Positions 26,414 to 39,715 of a stretch of DNA of 64,000 nucleotides are shown one piece after another. The notes under the pieces were generated by a model that worked only from the letters and a program-made list of their open reading frames with translations, made no database searches and was not told the DNA's origin. How positions within the stretch are numbered: position 1 is the stretch's first letter; each line of letters starts with the position of its first letter. Made by a program: the position numbers and the translations under genes. Where the stretch lies: the NCBI GenBank assembly GCA_976551045.1, contig CDPCPM010000049.1, forward strand, positions 7,812,001 to 7,876,000. Direction: 5' to 3'. The DNA is from Glaucostegus cemiculus (Eukaryota).

Positions 26414-28209
26414 GTATTCACTTCTGTTCTTCTCCCCCTTTTTGTTCATTTTATCCTCCAGCTTTTTTTACTTGGGTTCTCTGCTGTTTTGCCCCCATCT
26501 TGTTTTCTTCTCATTTTTCCTTTCACTCTTTTATCATCTTTTCTACTACACTAATTTTCTCTCTCCCTTTGATCCCTTCAAAAGTCTGGTATCAGTCTTC
26601 AGTAACATGCCAACAACTTTCCCGACAGTTCCTATTTCCGTGAAGAGCCTAAGACAGATCCTCTGCCATGTTGCCAAGTTAACTACCTTTACATCTGTTG
26701 GTTTGACAAATAAAAGGTGTTCTTGGTGTACTTAAGCCTTTGACCCACTAACTGCAGGAATGAACAGAGACATTATTTTACATTGTGTTTTTCTCTATTG
26801 CAATATCAAGAAACTCCAAATTAGTGATGACACAAATCTGCAGAGTTCCACCCAGAATCCTCTGGTCCCTCCACATGGAACATCACTGTGTCATTATAAG
26901 TGAGTGTGCACACAATATCTGCTTCCAGTTAATCTGGGCCCACTGTTTTCTGGTGAATATAATGAAGAGGCTGAACAAAAATCAGCCTTTGTGATTTGAA
27001 GGGATTTGGGGAATTTCAGTTAATGTGACACACACAGACACTGTTACTTTGAACTAGCTGTTCACATGTTTAGCGATAAGTGCACCAGAAATGCCAGGGT
27101 ATCCCCTCCTACCCACTGGATATGTATTTTCCAAATAATTCCAATACTACTATAAGATTTCAAAGAATCGAACAAAAGATTGTTGCTGCAACTTCTTCCA
27201 AGTTCAATCAATTATGATTGTTTAATAGCCACCTGATGTACAATATCTTGCACCTACTGAGGGAATCCTAAAAATTTCAATATATTGACTTCTCATCTGT
27301 GATGATCCAAAGATCAGACTCAAGTTAGTGGAGACCAGTAAATGCTCATAAGAAACCAGAGCTTCCAGGTACGTACTCAACACCAAGACTCCACAGCATG
27401 ATTAAAATGATGAACACTGTGGAATTTAATGGGATGTGGTATTCATACCTTGATATTGTTGAATCAAGTGGACTGTTGTATTGATCCTTGCTTTACCTGC
27501 TTGAGTTTGCCACTGATATATTGTCAGATTGACAAGATGCTTGTTACACCCAGAGTTATGACAGTTCATCCCACAACCTCAGGACTACAAGTTTACTTTT
27601 CCCATTAAGGTAGCAAAAGAATACTGTGGATATGCAACTTTCCTAACATCCAAAGCAGTTCATTATGGATAAAGACCCCTGTAACTAGTAGTTTATTTGA
27701 GTATGGTTGTAAAAGCTGCAAAGGTCACTACTCCATAGCATACGTAATGCATCAGAGTGCTGCTCTGGAATCAGTGGAGAACTCTGTTCATAGGCAGTTT
27801 GTTCTCAGCCATATTGTCACTGTAGAAATTCAGTGTTCATTCTGGAAGGATTCTACATGGGTTTTTCTAATACTCTGTTTCAAGAACTATTTATAAAGGG
27901 GCACGAGACATATCAATAAAATCTATAAATAACATATGGTTATGGACAATTTCAGCAGATTTCATTGCCTTATCCTAACTAAGAAAATAACCATTAGATC
28001 CATTATTCTTTCTAAAGAGCACACTCCGTGCTAGCATGTGAGATAACTAGTAGAGAGGTGCTTGTGGTCTGAATCTCAGTAGTTATTTGGGAGACATGTT
28101 CAGGAACTGACGTTGAAGTACACTCTTCTCCAATAACAATGGATAACACTGTAATAAATTGTACCAAGTGAACAGGGTAGTCATGTAGGGCATAAACAAG
28201 AGAAAATAT

Positions 28210-29030
28210 GAGAATAAATACTTGAATAATAACTTCCATTTATATAACACCTTTAACATCCAAATTGCCTCACAGCAGTATTATCAAACAATAAAATGAT
28301 GCTGAGCTGCACAAGGAGATATGAGGCAAGATGATCAAAGGCTGGGTCAGAGTTTTGATGATCTTAAAGAATAAAAGTTCATTTTTGCCAGGGAAAGTGA
28401 TGCCATGTCTATGGAATGAAGTTTAGGACAGGTTCTGAAGATATGCTTCAATCCTCATATTTATTTGGAGGAAATTTCTGCACATCCAATATTCGATGTC
28501 AAACTATCCAACAACTTGGGGTCAATGGGATCAAAATGAATTGGTGGTGCAGTAGAGCCGAGTGCTATCAGTATGCATGCAGAAACTAAACTTGCATTTC
28601 CAGATGATTTTGCCAAGAGGCAGCACAGGTGAGAAAGAGGCCAAAAATTGGACCTTTGGGGGTGAAGGAAAGCATTAAATAATAGTGTAGGGTTAGGAAG
28701 AGAAGCCATTACTGGTTCCTTTGTGGGAAAGACCAGATTGATAATAGAACCACCTCTTGGTAGGTGGTGGGGAAACAATGGAGGAGGCAGAGAATGCAGT
28801 CAATTGTGTCAAAGACCACAGACAAGTCAAGAAAGGCAAGCTGCAAAAGATCGTCTTAGTTACAATCTTTTGGATGGATTGACCAGAGTTATTTCAGTTC
28901 TGTGGATTTAAATAAGGAGAGTTCTGTATAATTAGAGTATGAACTCGGGAAGTGACAATGTGTTCAAGGACTATAGAAAGGAAAGGGAGGCTGGATAGGA
29001 AAAGTTTGTAGGATGGAGAGTCAAATATGT
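28210..29030 (-). mobile_element. Decayed L2-like LINE
   Basis: Minus strand 28631-28664 reads TPKGPIFGLFL (cf. RT motif VPQGSILGPLLF); 3' end resembles L2 tails; similar sequence flanks the SINE at 42780-43620. Confidence 0.45.
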
Positions 29031-29382
29031 GCGAGAAGAGGGATTCACTCATTGTGGAAAAAGATGCACAATTTGCAGAGAAAAGTTTGGAAATGTGTAA
29101 AGGTATGTTCTGCTCAAAGATTCCTGGTATTTCAATTGTGATGGAGGTTTTTCCAATCTGCATCCTTTTCACCAACACAGGCAACCAGTGTGCCTCACTT
29201 AAATGTTGCATTTCACAAAACTACTGAAACCACTAAATTATAAATCGACTTGTCCCATTACCTACTTTTCATGACAACTAACCATTTTGTGAAGTGATAG
29301 GCTCCAGGCTTGACCTGGAGATGTTGTGCATGAAAGTGTGCGCCATGTTATAACTTCTCCAAATGTCTTATTTGTACTGCAG

Positions 29383-30483
29383 GTAGAGCGAGAAAAAGCC
29401 ATACTCCTGGTCAATCTTCAGGAATCTCAGACACAACTGGAGCACACCAAGGGTGCACTGACTGAGCAGCATGAACGAGTCCACAGTCTGACAGAGCATG
29501 TCAATGCAATGAGGAGGCTCCAGGTCAACAAGGACTTAAAGACCGACCTGGAAAATGAGAAAGGACGCGAGTCTGGGGAAGAAACTCATGACTATGAAGT
29601 GGACATTAATGGACTGGAAATTCTTGAGTGCAAGTACAAGGTTGCAATCACAGAGGTAATAGATCTCAAAGCCGAACTTAAAAGCTTGAAGGAAAAGTAC
29701 AACAAGTGTGTGGAGACGTACACTGAAGAGAAGACCAAATATGAAAACCGCGTGCAAGAACTGGACAAGCAAGTGAGCTGTCTGGAGAAAATGAACAAGG
29801 AATACAATGACAAGATCACACACTTAGAAACAGAAATTAAGTCGTTGACAGTCATGGCAAATGAGGGCCATAACACACTCAACGCAGCGCAGGATGAGCT
29901 GGTGACCTTCAGTGAGGAGTTGGCACAGCTTTACCACCATGTGTGCTTGTGCAATAATGAGACCCCGAACAGGGTGATGCTGGACTACTACCGGCAGAGC
30001 AGGGTGACCCGCAGTGGGAGCCTGAAGGGCCCGGATGATCCTCGAGCTATCTTGTCTCCACGGCTTGCCCGCAGGGGCCTGGCTTCGCCGGTTGACTCCA
30101 GAAACTCGCCGGAGCATTCGTCGAAAGAGGCCGGGAAAGACAATGCACAGCAGAGCCCAACGAAGGTGGTCAGCACCTCGGGCTCGCCCGCAGTAACAGC
30201 TCCTCCCTCCTCGCCTGTCTCCGACACGAGTGACATCAGGAAAGAGCCCATGAACATCTACAACCTGAACGCCATAATACGGGACCAGATAAAGCACCTG
30301 CAGAAGGCAGTGGACCGGTCTCTGCAGCTGTCCCGGCAGCGGGCAGCTGCACGGGAGCTGGCCCCGATGATTGACAAGGACAAGGAAGTTCTGATGGAAG
30401 AGATCCTGAAGCTGAAGTCGCTGCTGAGCACAAAACGCGAGCAGATAGCGACGTTACGGACGGTCCTGAAGGCCAACAAGCAG
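29383..30483 (+). CDS. BICD1: BICD1 large internal coding exon (probable exon 5 equivalent), 1101 bp, phase 0/0
   Basis: Acceptor ...tttgtactgcAG|GTAGAGCGA; encodes VEREKAILLVNLQESQ...DELVTFSEELAQLYHHVCLCNNETPNRVMLDYYRQSRVTRSGSLKGPDDPR...KEPMNIYNLNAIIRDQIKHLQKAVDRSLQLSRQR...KLKSLLSTKREQIATLRTVLKANKQ; donor CAG|GTAACT. Confidence 0.96.
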
Positions 30484-30647
30484 GTAACTGCCGCCCTCTG
30501 CGCTTGCTCCGTTTTGTATTCGTGTAGTTTTGTGACATACCTGTGACTGGCCAATGGAGAGAGCAATGTCAACCCAACAAAGGATGACGAAACAATGCAA
30601 AATATAAACGCACCAGTGAGTGTGACATCAGTGTTGAGAAAACCCCT

Positions 30648-30694
30648 CGGGTGTGTTGGGGCAGTGCGGGTGTGTTGGGGCAGTGCGGGTGTGT
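30648..30694. repeat. 19-bp tandem repeat, ~2.5 copies
   Basis: CGGGTGTGTTGGGGCAGTG twice plus CGGGTGTGT. Confidence 0.85.
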
Positions 30695-30779
30695 GACAGC
30701 TGCAAACGTCGGGAAAGTCTTGTGAAAGCAGGTGGATCACATTTAATTTGTATATATTTTCATCTCTAGTAACTGGACA

Positions 30780-31092
30780 CATTAGAACGTGGAACAGTAC
30801 AGCACAGGAACAGGCCTATCAGCCCAGGAGGTCGACCTTGATGCCATTTTTAACTATTCCATCTGCCTGCACCTGGTCTTTATTCCTCCATTCCCACCAG
30901 TTCATATGCCTGTCTAAATGTCTCTTAAACATTACTACCCTACCTGCTTCCACCACCTCCCCTGGCAGTGCGTTCCAGGCACCTACCACTCTTGTGTAAA
31001 ACAAAAACTTACCTATTAGGTCTCCTTTAAATGTTTCCATTCTCACCTTAAAGCTATGCCCTCTAGTACTTGATGTTTCCACTCTGGAGAAA
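30780..31092 (-). mobile_element. CR1 LINE 3' end
   Basis: ORF 30819..31127(-): SRVETSSTRGHSFKVRMETFKGDLIGKFLFYTRVVGAWNALPGEVVEAG...FKRHLDRHMN, the classic CR1 ORF2 C-terminus, plus 3' tail. Confidence 0.9.
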
Positions 31093-31129
31093 ATTACTAA
31101 CTGGGAGGTAGAAAACAATGAACCCAAAG

Positions 31130-31730
31130 TGTTGGTGGAGGTCTGGAACTATTTGAATAGAAGAGTGACAGAGGCAGAAACCTTCGTCATACTTAAATTG
31201 TACTGTTGGGCTATAGGCCAAGTGTTGAGTATTGGGATAAGATTGGAGAGCTCATTGTCAACTAACATAGATGGAGTGGTCTCCCTCTATGTCATACATT
31301 TTGTATAATTCTGGTTCCTAAGCAAAAAGGTTCTTTCAAAAAATGACACAGCTGGGAAACATATCTGTAGATGCAATGTGGTCCAACATTTAATAGGAAT
31401 TTCTAAAGATTCTGCAGTAGGGGTTGCTGGCTAGGATTGAGATGTTTGGTAGGTGTGGCATGGTTGGGAAGTTATGTGGGATGAATAAGGTGGGGAAGCT
31501 GAGGTTGGCATCCAGGACAACATGGTGTTCCCCAGTGACCTATTCTGTGGCCCCAGTTATTCAATCTAAATATAATTAATCTCCTTTCTGGAACGGAGTT
31601 ACATAAATTCAGGTCTGATGGTGATAATGCTAAGGTAGGAGACAAATTGTGAAAAATACTGGAGAAAACATTACAAGGGCATAGATGAAGTGAGTGTAAC
31701 TCTTACAGATTTTGTTTTATGCAACTATGT
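31130..31730 (+). mobile_element. Decayed CR1 fragments (3' end and RT region)
   Basis: GTCTGGAACT...GAGGCAGAAACC 3'-end remnant; GGTGTTCCCCAG...CCCCAGTTATTC (GVPQ...GPQLF) remnant. Confidence 0.55.
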
Positions 31731-33564
31731 GTGAAACAGGAGTTTTATTTGTATTTATGACACTAGCAAGGCCAACATTTACTACCCATTTCTAAATGCC
31801 TCGTCCCATCAGTCCATGTGAAGGTATGCCTACAGTGCTGTTGGGCAGGAAGTTCGAGCATGATAAAGCATCCCTTTGTTAAAGCCAAACAGCTGTGTAT
31901 GACTAGGAGGGGAAATTTGCAGTGATAGTGAACCCATTGCTTCTGTTGGCCTTCACCTCCCAGATTGTGGGTTTGAGAAATGCTGTCAAAGGACCATTGG
32001 TGAGATGCCGCAGTTTATTTCGTAGATGTATGAATGATAGATGGAAGCACAGGGGGGGAAACACCTTGTGGTGGGGGATGGTTGGGTAGATGAAAATATA
32101 ATTAAATGTCTAATGGTTTAAAAAGAATTTAAAAGGTGCCATGCAAACAGAAAAATAGATAAAAGTAGGCTAACTGGCTACATCACCACATGTAGAATTA
32201 TGGAGAGAAAGTCATTCTGGAATCATGGATATCTCCACCCACATTCCAGGGGCCTGGAACTTACTGGAAAATGCCATACATTCCAACAGGACACTGCAGA
32301 TTGAGCTTCAATGATTCCCTAACTGTTGTCTAATGTCAGACTCCTTGTGGTGTCTAGTGATAGCGTGTGAACATGCTTTAATTTACCAGCACTTCCACTA
32401 GTAATCGTGCCAAATGACCCCCTGCCAATTAAACATTCATTTTAATGTAGAGAACAGCTGTACGCGACAAGAATAATCATAAGGCAATTTATATTTTACC
32501 TAATTGAGTTTGTTTAAAAGAGTACTTGTTCTTAAATAATTTCTAATTTAAAAAAATAATTTTCAAAAATGTTTAATTTTAATAGTTTTCTTTTACTGTT
32601 CCTGGTTGTCAAGGACATTAAGAAGTATTTGGGGTTGACATCTACCAAGGCCTGGGCCCTAGCATACTCAGCTGCCAAAGTTCTTGCAGCTGTTTTGTGG
32701 GAACCTCCCTAACTCCACAGCATAACGCAGGATTTCCCCATTTTGAATCAAGATAGCATAGCATGTCCACGTCATCGGATGTAGAAGAGTTCAGTGTTTA
32801 TTCGGTACGTGTGTCCGCAATGAGTGGGGGTCAGTGAGCTAGCATCAAGCTCAGGCAGGAAGCTGTAGTGGCAACACAAATCCATGAGGTCTGGTCTAGA
32901 ATATAAAAGCAGGAAGTACTACAGTAGCACTGAAAGACCTGGTCTGATCTCAGTTATTACACTCTGTTTATTTTCCATTATCTTCATTTTTTTTTAAGAG
33001 GAAAGGGTAGTGTGGACTTGGAAGAAGCATTTAAGAAGACAGTTTGGGGTGAAGGAGCAAGCATGGACTTGCCCAATTCAGTGCTGTAAAAACAATGACA
33101 TTTAATGCTAGATAATATGTTCTCAGAAGGGAAAAATATAGTGATAATTCAATGAATGTCCCTTGCACTACTTTAAGCATCGAGGGGGAATAGATAAGAA
33201 GTGTGGCACAGCATACTCAGTGGTTGGTTTTGATCCAATGTACATTTTATTTGAAGGCCAAAGTTGGGAAATTCAGTAGCATGTGAGGCTTAAGATGAAG
33301 TGTGATATCAAACAGACCTTGTGCAGGAAACTATGTGAGTCTAAGGTCGGGGTCAGGGCCAGGTCCAGGAAGTGAGTGAGAGAGAGGTTCAGGGTTTGAG
33401 GGAGGAACGATAATTGGAAGAGTCGTCAAGGGCAATCAATAGGTGGGTTAGAGCTGGAACTGGGAATGTGGTCAGGCCAGATGCTTGGCAGAGGGCTCAG
33501 GATGAAAGTTGGTGGAGGTTGGACAAAGAACGATGGATGGTGGGAGATAGTTGTGGGGACTGGG

Positions 33565-33978
33565 ACCATATTCTCTAGAGTTTAGAAGAATGAGAGGAGA
33601 TCTCACTGAAACTTTAAAAAAAATTGTTAAAAGGCTTGATGCAGGGAGGATGTCTTCCCTAATTAAGGAATCAAGGACCAGGGAAAATTTTGAAAATAAA
33701 GGGGAGGCAGTTGAGAAATGAGATGAGGAAAATTCACTCGGGGGGGGGGGGGGTAGTGAACATTTGGAATTCCCTATCCTGAGGGTTATGGAGGCTCAGT
33801 CACTGTACTCACTCAAAACTGTGATTGACAGATTTCTTAATATTAAGGGAATCAAAGAATAGAGAGTGCTGGAAAGTGGCATGAAGATAGAAGATCAGCT
33901 GTGATCTGGATAAACGGTGCAGCAGGCTCAAAGGGTAGGGTGGTCCACTCCTACTGTTTCTTGTTCTTATGTTCTTAA
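33565..33978 (+). mobile_element. CR1 LINE 3' end
   Basis: TATTCTCTAGAGTTTAGAAGAATGAGAGGAGATCTCACTGAAAC (YSLEFRRMRGDL.E), WNSL motif and tail ending TTCTTATGTTCTTA. Confidence 0.85.
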
Positions 33979-36779
33979 ATGTCTCTTTGAGGATATGATC
34001 AATAGGAGCAAATTAGCTTTTACAGCTACCTTGGTTTATGTTCACCTAGGGATTTCTTTGTATATCTGATTTCTTTTGGGTTTCATGACTGCAGTTGTTT
34101 ACATCAAACTGCACCGTCTAGTATTAGCAGAGGGAGCAGTTAGTGCGGCTCTGCCTCTGGAATCCGTCTGCTTTCTATCGAAAAACAAGGATAGGAAAAT
34201 GTAGTGCCAGCTTTTCTCGCTGTCCAAGATGACTATAATCTATGTGTTTTACGTAATTTAGAAGTGTAAATGGTTGTTGATTGGAGCCATTGCGAAAGAA
34301 GCTTGCCTTGACCAGTAAGCATCAGACATATTTATAAATTTCTTTAGGTAAGATAAGCGGCATGTAATATTACCTGAGGAAAAAAAAACAAAAAGGCATT
34401 GACGAGGCATTAGAATGGGAGGTAATGCTAAAATATTGACGTGGTGTTGGAAAGTTGGTGACCAGCCAATAGATATCAAGATATTCTCAAGCAGTGGAAA
34501 TTACCACATTCTATCATGAAGTCCAGTCAAAAAGCATTTTGACAACAGTATAAAATTAAGCAATTTTTCCATCTTCCCTACTTTGGCAACTTTTAAGAGA
34601 CCAGCTTACCTAACCAGACCTGTCCTAACTTGCTGCCATGACCATACGTAATTGAATTTCAGTTACACTCAGACTCAAACATCATCTTAGAAGTTGTCCA
34701 TTCCCTGATCTAAAAGGAGCTATCCTTAAGTAGCTTCCTTTTTTAATTAGGATGCAAAACAAAATAGAGACACCATGAGAACTAAACTGTTTTCTCATAT
34801 TGTGTTTTACTGAAATTGCATTTGCATATTTTGGTGGAAGACAACAGTGGCACAGCAGGTAACTGGAAAATGCGAAGGAGGCCTAACCTTCAATAGCAGT
34901 TGTTCCTTTCTTAGAGTCCCTGGTCAGTGACCCATACTTCCCACCAGAGAGTTAAAGTGCTTTCTGTTATCTATTAATGCAGGTGCCTTTACTCTTGACT
35001 CTGAGATCCAGTAGAAGAATCACACTATACTGTTCACAAGGAACAATAAATTGCCAAGTTGCATCATGCTGCAGATACCAGTTTGGCAATTTGACAAATT
35101 CAGCCCAGTGTTTGCTGGTTGGAGAATCAACAGACAACCACTCACAAGCCACAATGGCAGTAATACAACTAATGTTTGCTATTGATTTTTAAATAGTCTT
35201 TCTCCCTTTATTATTCATTTTAAATGTAATTTCACAGCATTTGTATTTCTCACAATGGTGCCACATTTACTGTTTATTTTATTTTTGAAAAATTAGGGAA
35301 TCAATTCCTTAATCTAGCCTGTATCCTTTCCCTTCTGGAACAAATTGATGGACTTGATATGAAGGAATCATTAGTATGACCAGCAGAAAAAGTTTTCCAG
35401 GAGTAAAGGAGACACAGGGGACTGGAGATCCTGGAATCTGGAACAAAAGAAAGGGGTTTCCAGGAGTAAAGATTTGTGCTATAATTTGTGCTAATGTTTT
35501 GTGTGTTCAAACATGGTTAATCTCCAAAGTTGTTTTCATGGACCAGTTATTTCACAAACTGAGCCTGATTACAAGGTCTGTCTGGAAGAATTATTTCCCC
35601 CTAACTAAGTGTAGAAGGTGAAACTTTGAGAGATTAAAGCAAAATATCCCTGGTTTATTGGGGTCTTTGTATTAAATAAGTGCACAAACACAAATAAATA
35701 GTGAAACAAATAACTTAAAAAAATTGCAGGGCTATGGGGGGTTGGGTGTGTTGGGGGGGGGCATATGGCACTTGATTAGTTCTTGCAGTAAATGTAGTAT
35801 GCAGTAAAACGGCATTCTTGCAGTAATTTTCTAATTACAGAACTGACCAGTGAAATTAGCTGAAAGGCAGTGAAGCTCCATCACTGGCACTTCACACTGC
35901 GGTAATCTTCTACCGAGCTCCGCCAGGGACATGTGGGCAATTAGGCAACTCCTGTGCGGAGGCTATGGCTGAGCCTTCTGCTCGGCAGAGCACCAGCTGC
36001 AGGACTTTGGCATTGCTCGTTGGGGCCCCATGTGGAGTCCAACAGAACATCACAAACCTTTGCAGATTTTCTCAGGTCTCAGGCTGGGAGTTCTGCCCAC
36101 TGAACCCATGCCAGGTTAACCTGACACAAATACAGCAAAAGTCCACTGAAAGGAAGGGAGAAATCGACCGGCTGGAGAAATGTAAGTGAAGGTTTGTATT
36201 TGATTAACTTCCTCCAGTTTAACTATTTTAAATGTTTTAAGTGTGTTTGTCTTAACTCTTTTACTTTAGGTACTTTCTTAAATAATTTTATTAAACATTA
36301 TTTTAAATCCCTGACAAGTCCTGATGGATCGTGTCAGGAGACACTGCTGTCCGTGCCTTGTTGATGTGCTGAGATTGTGGTCCAGGATACAGGCAGCATG
36401 TGAGGGGCAGCAGAATCTCTACCCGGGAGACCCATCTTTGGCTGCCAGTTTGAAACTGATGGAGAATCCAATTTCCATTTCATTTCTGATTTGCATTGCT
36501 GGGTGAATATTGATAGTCATCGGCTCTTGGCAGGAAGATGCAAACAGGGATGGAAGAGGCAATCAGTAAAATAATTCGCTTCACCTAAGCATACACACAT
36601 GAGTCAGGAGCAGTAGATCACTCAGCCAAATGACTGATATGATTGTAACCCCAACTCTGCATTCACTTGGTATCACCTTTCACCCCCTTTAACTGAGCCA
36701 CTTCTGAATGTGGTTGGAAGTAGGTTCAACTATGGTTCTCATACACTCGAATGGCCTCACAGTGAAGACAGACAAATAG

Positions 36780-37125
36780 GCCAAGAGCTGCCTGTGATCA
36801 TGGAACCATTTTGGGTCAATCCTAAAGGAGAAAAGGGAAGCGGAGTACCTTACTTTAGAAATGCTGCTCGATTTATGAGTACCATGAAATTCGAACTCTC
36901 AGTCTGTGGGGATTGAGACAGGACAAAAAATGCTCATCTTCTGTAAATATTGTGAAAGGGTGCTTTGGTACATCCAGGTAGAGATTGTGCTGTGGTTGAC
37001 AAGATCTGTGTTCAAATTCCAGAGACTCGCACCTCAGAAAAGTCCAAGCTTGACTGAAGGGTCTGTCATCTGGATTCTGAGAATGCACAGATCGGGAATG
37101 TACAAGTGAGGACAACACTGTAAAC
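36780..37125 (+). mobile_element. Possible decayed L1/Tx1-clade LINE 3' end
   Basis: Fragments resembling Tx1 C-terminal motifs (N.VK.ALW, RLAH.KVQ, terminal ..TV* at ACACTGTAA); heavily mutated. Confidence 0.3.
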
Positions 37126-39099
37126 ATCCACTATTCTCTTAAGCAATGATTTACCAAGTCGCAGTCCATGAAAATCATCACCGCGACTGAGTGAACAGCA
37201 AATTCTAATCTCTTCCTGATCCCATCACCATTCAAGTTTTCCCCTATCCCAGATTTCTGCTCTCCTCACAATCACCATTTATCAGCTGGTCTCTAATTCA
37301 CCAAATGGCTGGGTTTGCTGGCCATTTCCTGGACTCCTGCCACAGCACCCTGTGAATTGGATCTGAGTTTCAAACTATTAAAAAGAAGTGAGCTGGAGAT
37401 ATTGCTGTGGATTGGGCCTGGAACTTGGATACCATGGGTCTGTGTTGTAGGTCACAACATTGCACCTTTTAAAAATATTTCCATTAAGCCACCTTTGCAA
37501 TTGAGGAAGAAAGCAAAAGTAGAAACTATGGGGATGGATTTCAGACTTTTCTTGAATTTTATCATTTCAGGTTATTTCAGGAATCTTATCCTACTCTTGC
37601 TAAGATTTAAAGAGACAGATTGTTCTATGGTGATGTTTGAGGCTGATGAGAAAAGTCACTGTGCTATAAAGATATATGTGCATAGATGTGTTGGTAAATC
37701 CTAAAGAAATTCAGTAGTGCAGGGACTGTTTAACTTGCTGCAGTCTTGGTGTTTTTGGCACTGTAAGTGTGTCACCAGCTCTCTTTTGGAGGCCAGGTTC
37801 ACAGTGCTGTGGCAGAAGTTGAGGCCAGCAGACTCAGCAGTTTGGAGGGTGACTCAGAGATCAGCAGATGAATGGTGATTGTGGAGAGAGAAGAAATCTG
37901 AGATAGGGCAATGCTTGAATGACGATGGGGGATCAGAAGGAGATGAAGACTCACTGTTTGCTCAGTAGTGGTGGTGAGGGTTTTTATGCACTGCAGCTTG
38001 GTAACCCGGGGTTAAGGGTGGGTGGGGGTGTTGCAGGGGAAATGAGGAAATGCACACCAGTGTATCATTTCAATAGTGGAGGTGAGGGCGGAAGGGTACC
38101 AACAGTTTGACTGCTGATACACTGTGGCTTGGGATGGGAATATGCCTGGGACTCGGGTGACCATGAGGTCCAGGAAATGGCCAGGTGTTGGATGGTGCAG
38201 GTGGGGGGCAGATCCAAAAGATGACATTAAGTAATTCATTTAACTGTGGGTGTCCTAATCCTGCACTATCGTAGGAAAACCTAGTGTTCCTTGGAATGAC
38301 CAGCAATGATTATCCCCAGGATAATATGGTCCAGGTTCCCCTTCGCTGCAGCAAGAGCAGCACTGCACCAAGAGTGACATCACCCCCATGCACCCCAGCA
38401 CAGAAATCGCATCAGGGTTACAAGGCTGCCTTGTGCCTGGGAATGTCTAGCCAAGTTTGCACAGCAGTGCAAACCACCCTGAAGAGAGTCATTATTGATT
38501 TCACTCTGGAGAGAAATGATTATTTTGTTTGCTTTATTTTGAAATACAGCAAATGCAATTGAACAATTGAAAAATGCTATTGCATTTCTTGTTGAAATCC
38601 AAGAATCAGGAAATTGGAATTCTGTGCATTTATATCACAATTTATTCTCTCCAAATAATGCCTGAAGTACTTAACTTGAGACAGATTATTTTTGAGTTGT
38701 ATTATACAAGTGAATAACACAGGAAAAGGCTAATCATCTTTTCATTGGGTCTGACAGAATAAATCCCATAAGACCTAATACAACTTCTGATCCTTCACGA
38801 TAGATGTAGCTGCTTTTTACTAGATTATGTTTATGGTGTGGAACAGAGTGTTGGATATGCAGTGTGTTTAGTTATAACTCCCAACCAATATTTCACAGCT
38901 GAGGATTAGCCAGTATTGAAAGCACTGGTGTATTAGTAGTGGCAATTCAAAGTCAGAGCTGGTTTGAAAAGTAAAGGTAGAAATTGTTACCAGCCATGCG
39001 TACGATAAAAAAGTCTCACTCTTGTATGTTTAGTAAAAGAATTCCCAGTGGAGATTTTGTTGCCATGTGGGTGGCATTTATTCTAATCTTTTGCATTAA

Positions 39100-39303
<204 letters not shown>

Positions 39304-39449
39304 TAATAATTTTTCTGGCGGGGACTGGATTCCAACGTTTGTATTGAAGGTAACTTGCGACTCATTATTATTAGGTAGTTGGACTCTCATTTTACACAGG
39401 TAGATGAAAATTAGAAAAAAACCAGCAGAAACTAAAAAATCCAAAATAA

Positions 39450-39715
39450 AAAAAGAAAGTGCTGGAATGCTCTGTAGATCAGGCTACATCTGTGGGAAGA
39501 GAAACACCAGAGTTAATATTTCAGGTTGAAGACCCTTCACTAGAACTTGGAAATCCTATTGGAGACTCCTCCCACCCCACCCTTCCTGCAGCTTAACAAG
39601 CTTCTTCTCGCTCTTTCCAGTTCTGATTTAAGAGTCTTCAACCTGAAATTTTGACTTGTTTCTCATCCCACAGATGTGGCTTGATCTGCTGAGTATTTCC
39701 AGCATTTTCTGTTTC
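39450..39715. mobile_element. Foldback element (two ~100-bp inverted arms), probably derived from a Penelope-like element terminus
   Basis: 39455-39553 is the approximate reverse complement of 39615-39712 (GCTGGAA..CATCTGTGGGA.GAGAAAC..TTTCAGGTTGAAGAC vs GTCTTCAACCTGAAA..GTTTCTC.TCCCACAGATG..TTCCAGCA); each arm has a decayed hammerhead-like core. Confidence 0.75.

Noticed and set aside
25907-26554. ORF-track starts and hydrophobic tail extending beyond the exon (likewise 14346..14582 and 29326..30546)
   Set aside because: The extensions are intronic read-through past clear AG/GT sites; the hydrophobic tail is a translated pyrimidine-rich intron segment.
29536-30782. Several antisense ORFs of 89-174 aa over the large exon (and over other exons)
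   Set aside because: Shadow ORFs expected opposite coiled-coil, GC-rich coding sequence; no recognisable domain.
37740-38500. Possible PIF/Harbinger transposase remnants here (minus strand) and at ~58270-58970 (plus strand)
   Set aside because: Only faint motif echoes (GFP..VQ, SLN..LV); too decayed to call without a profile search.
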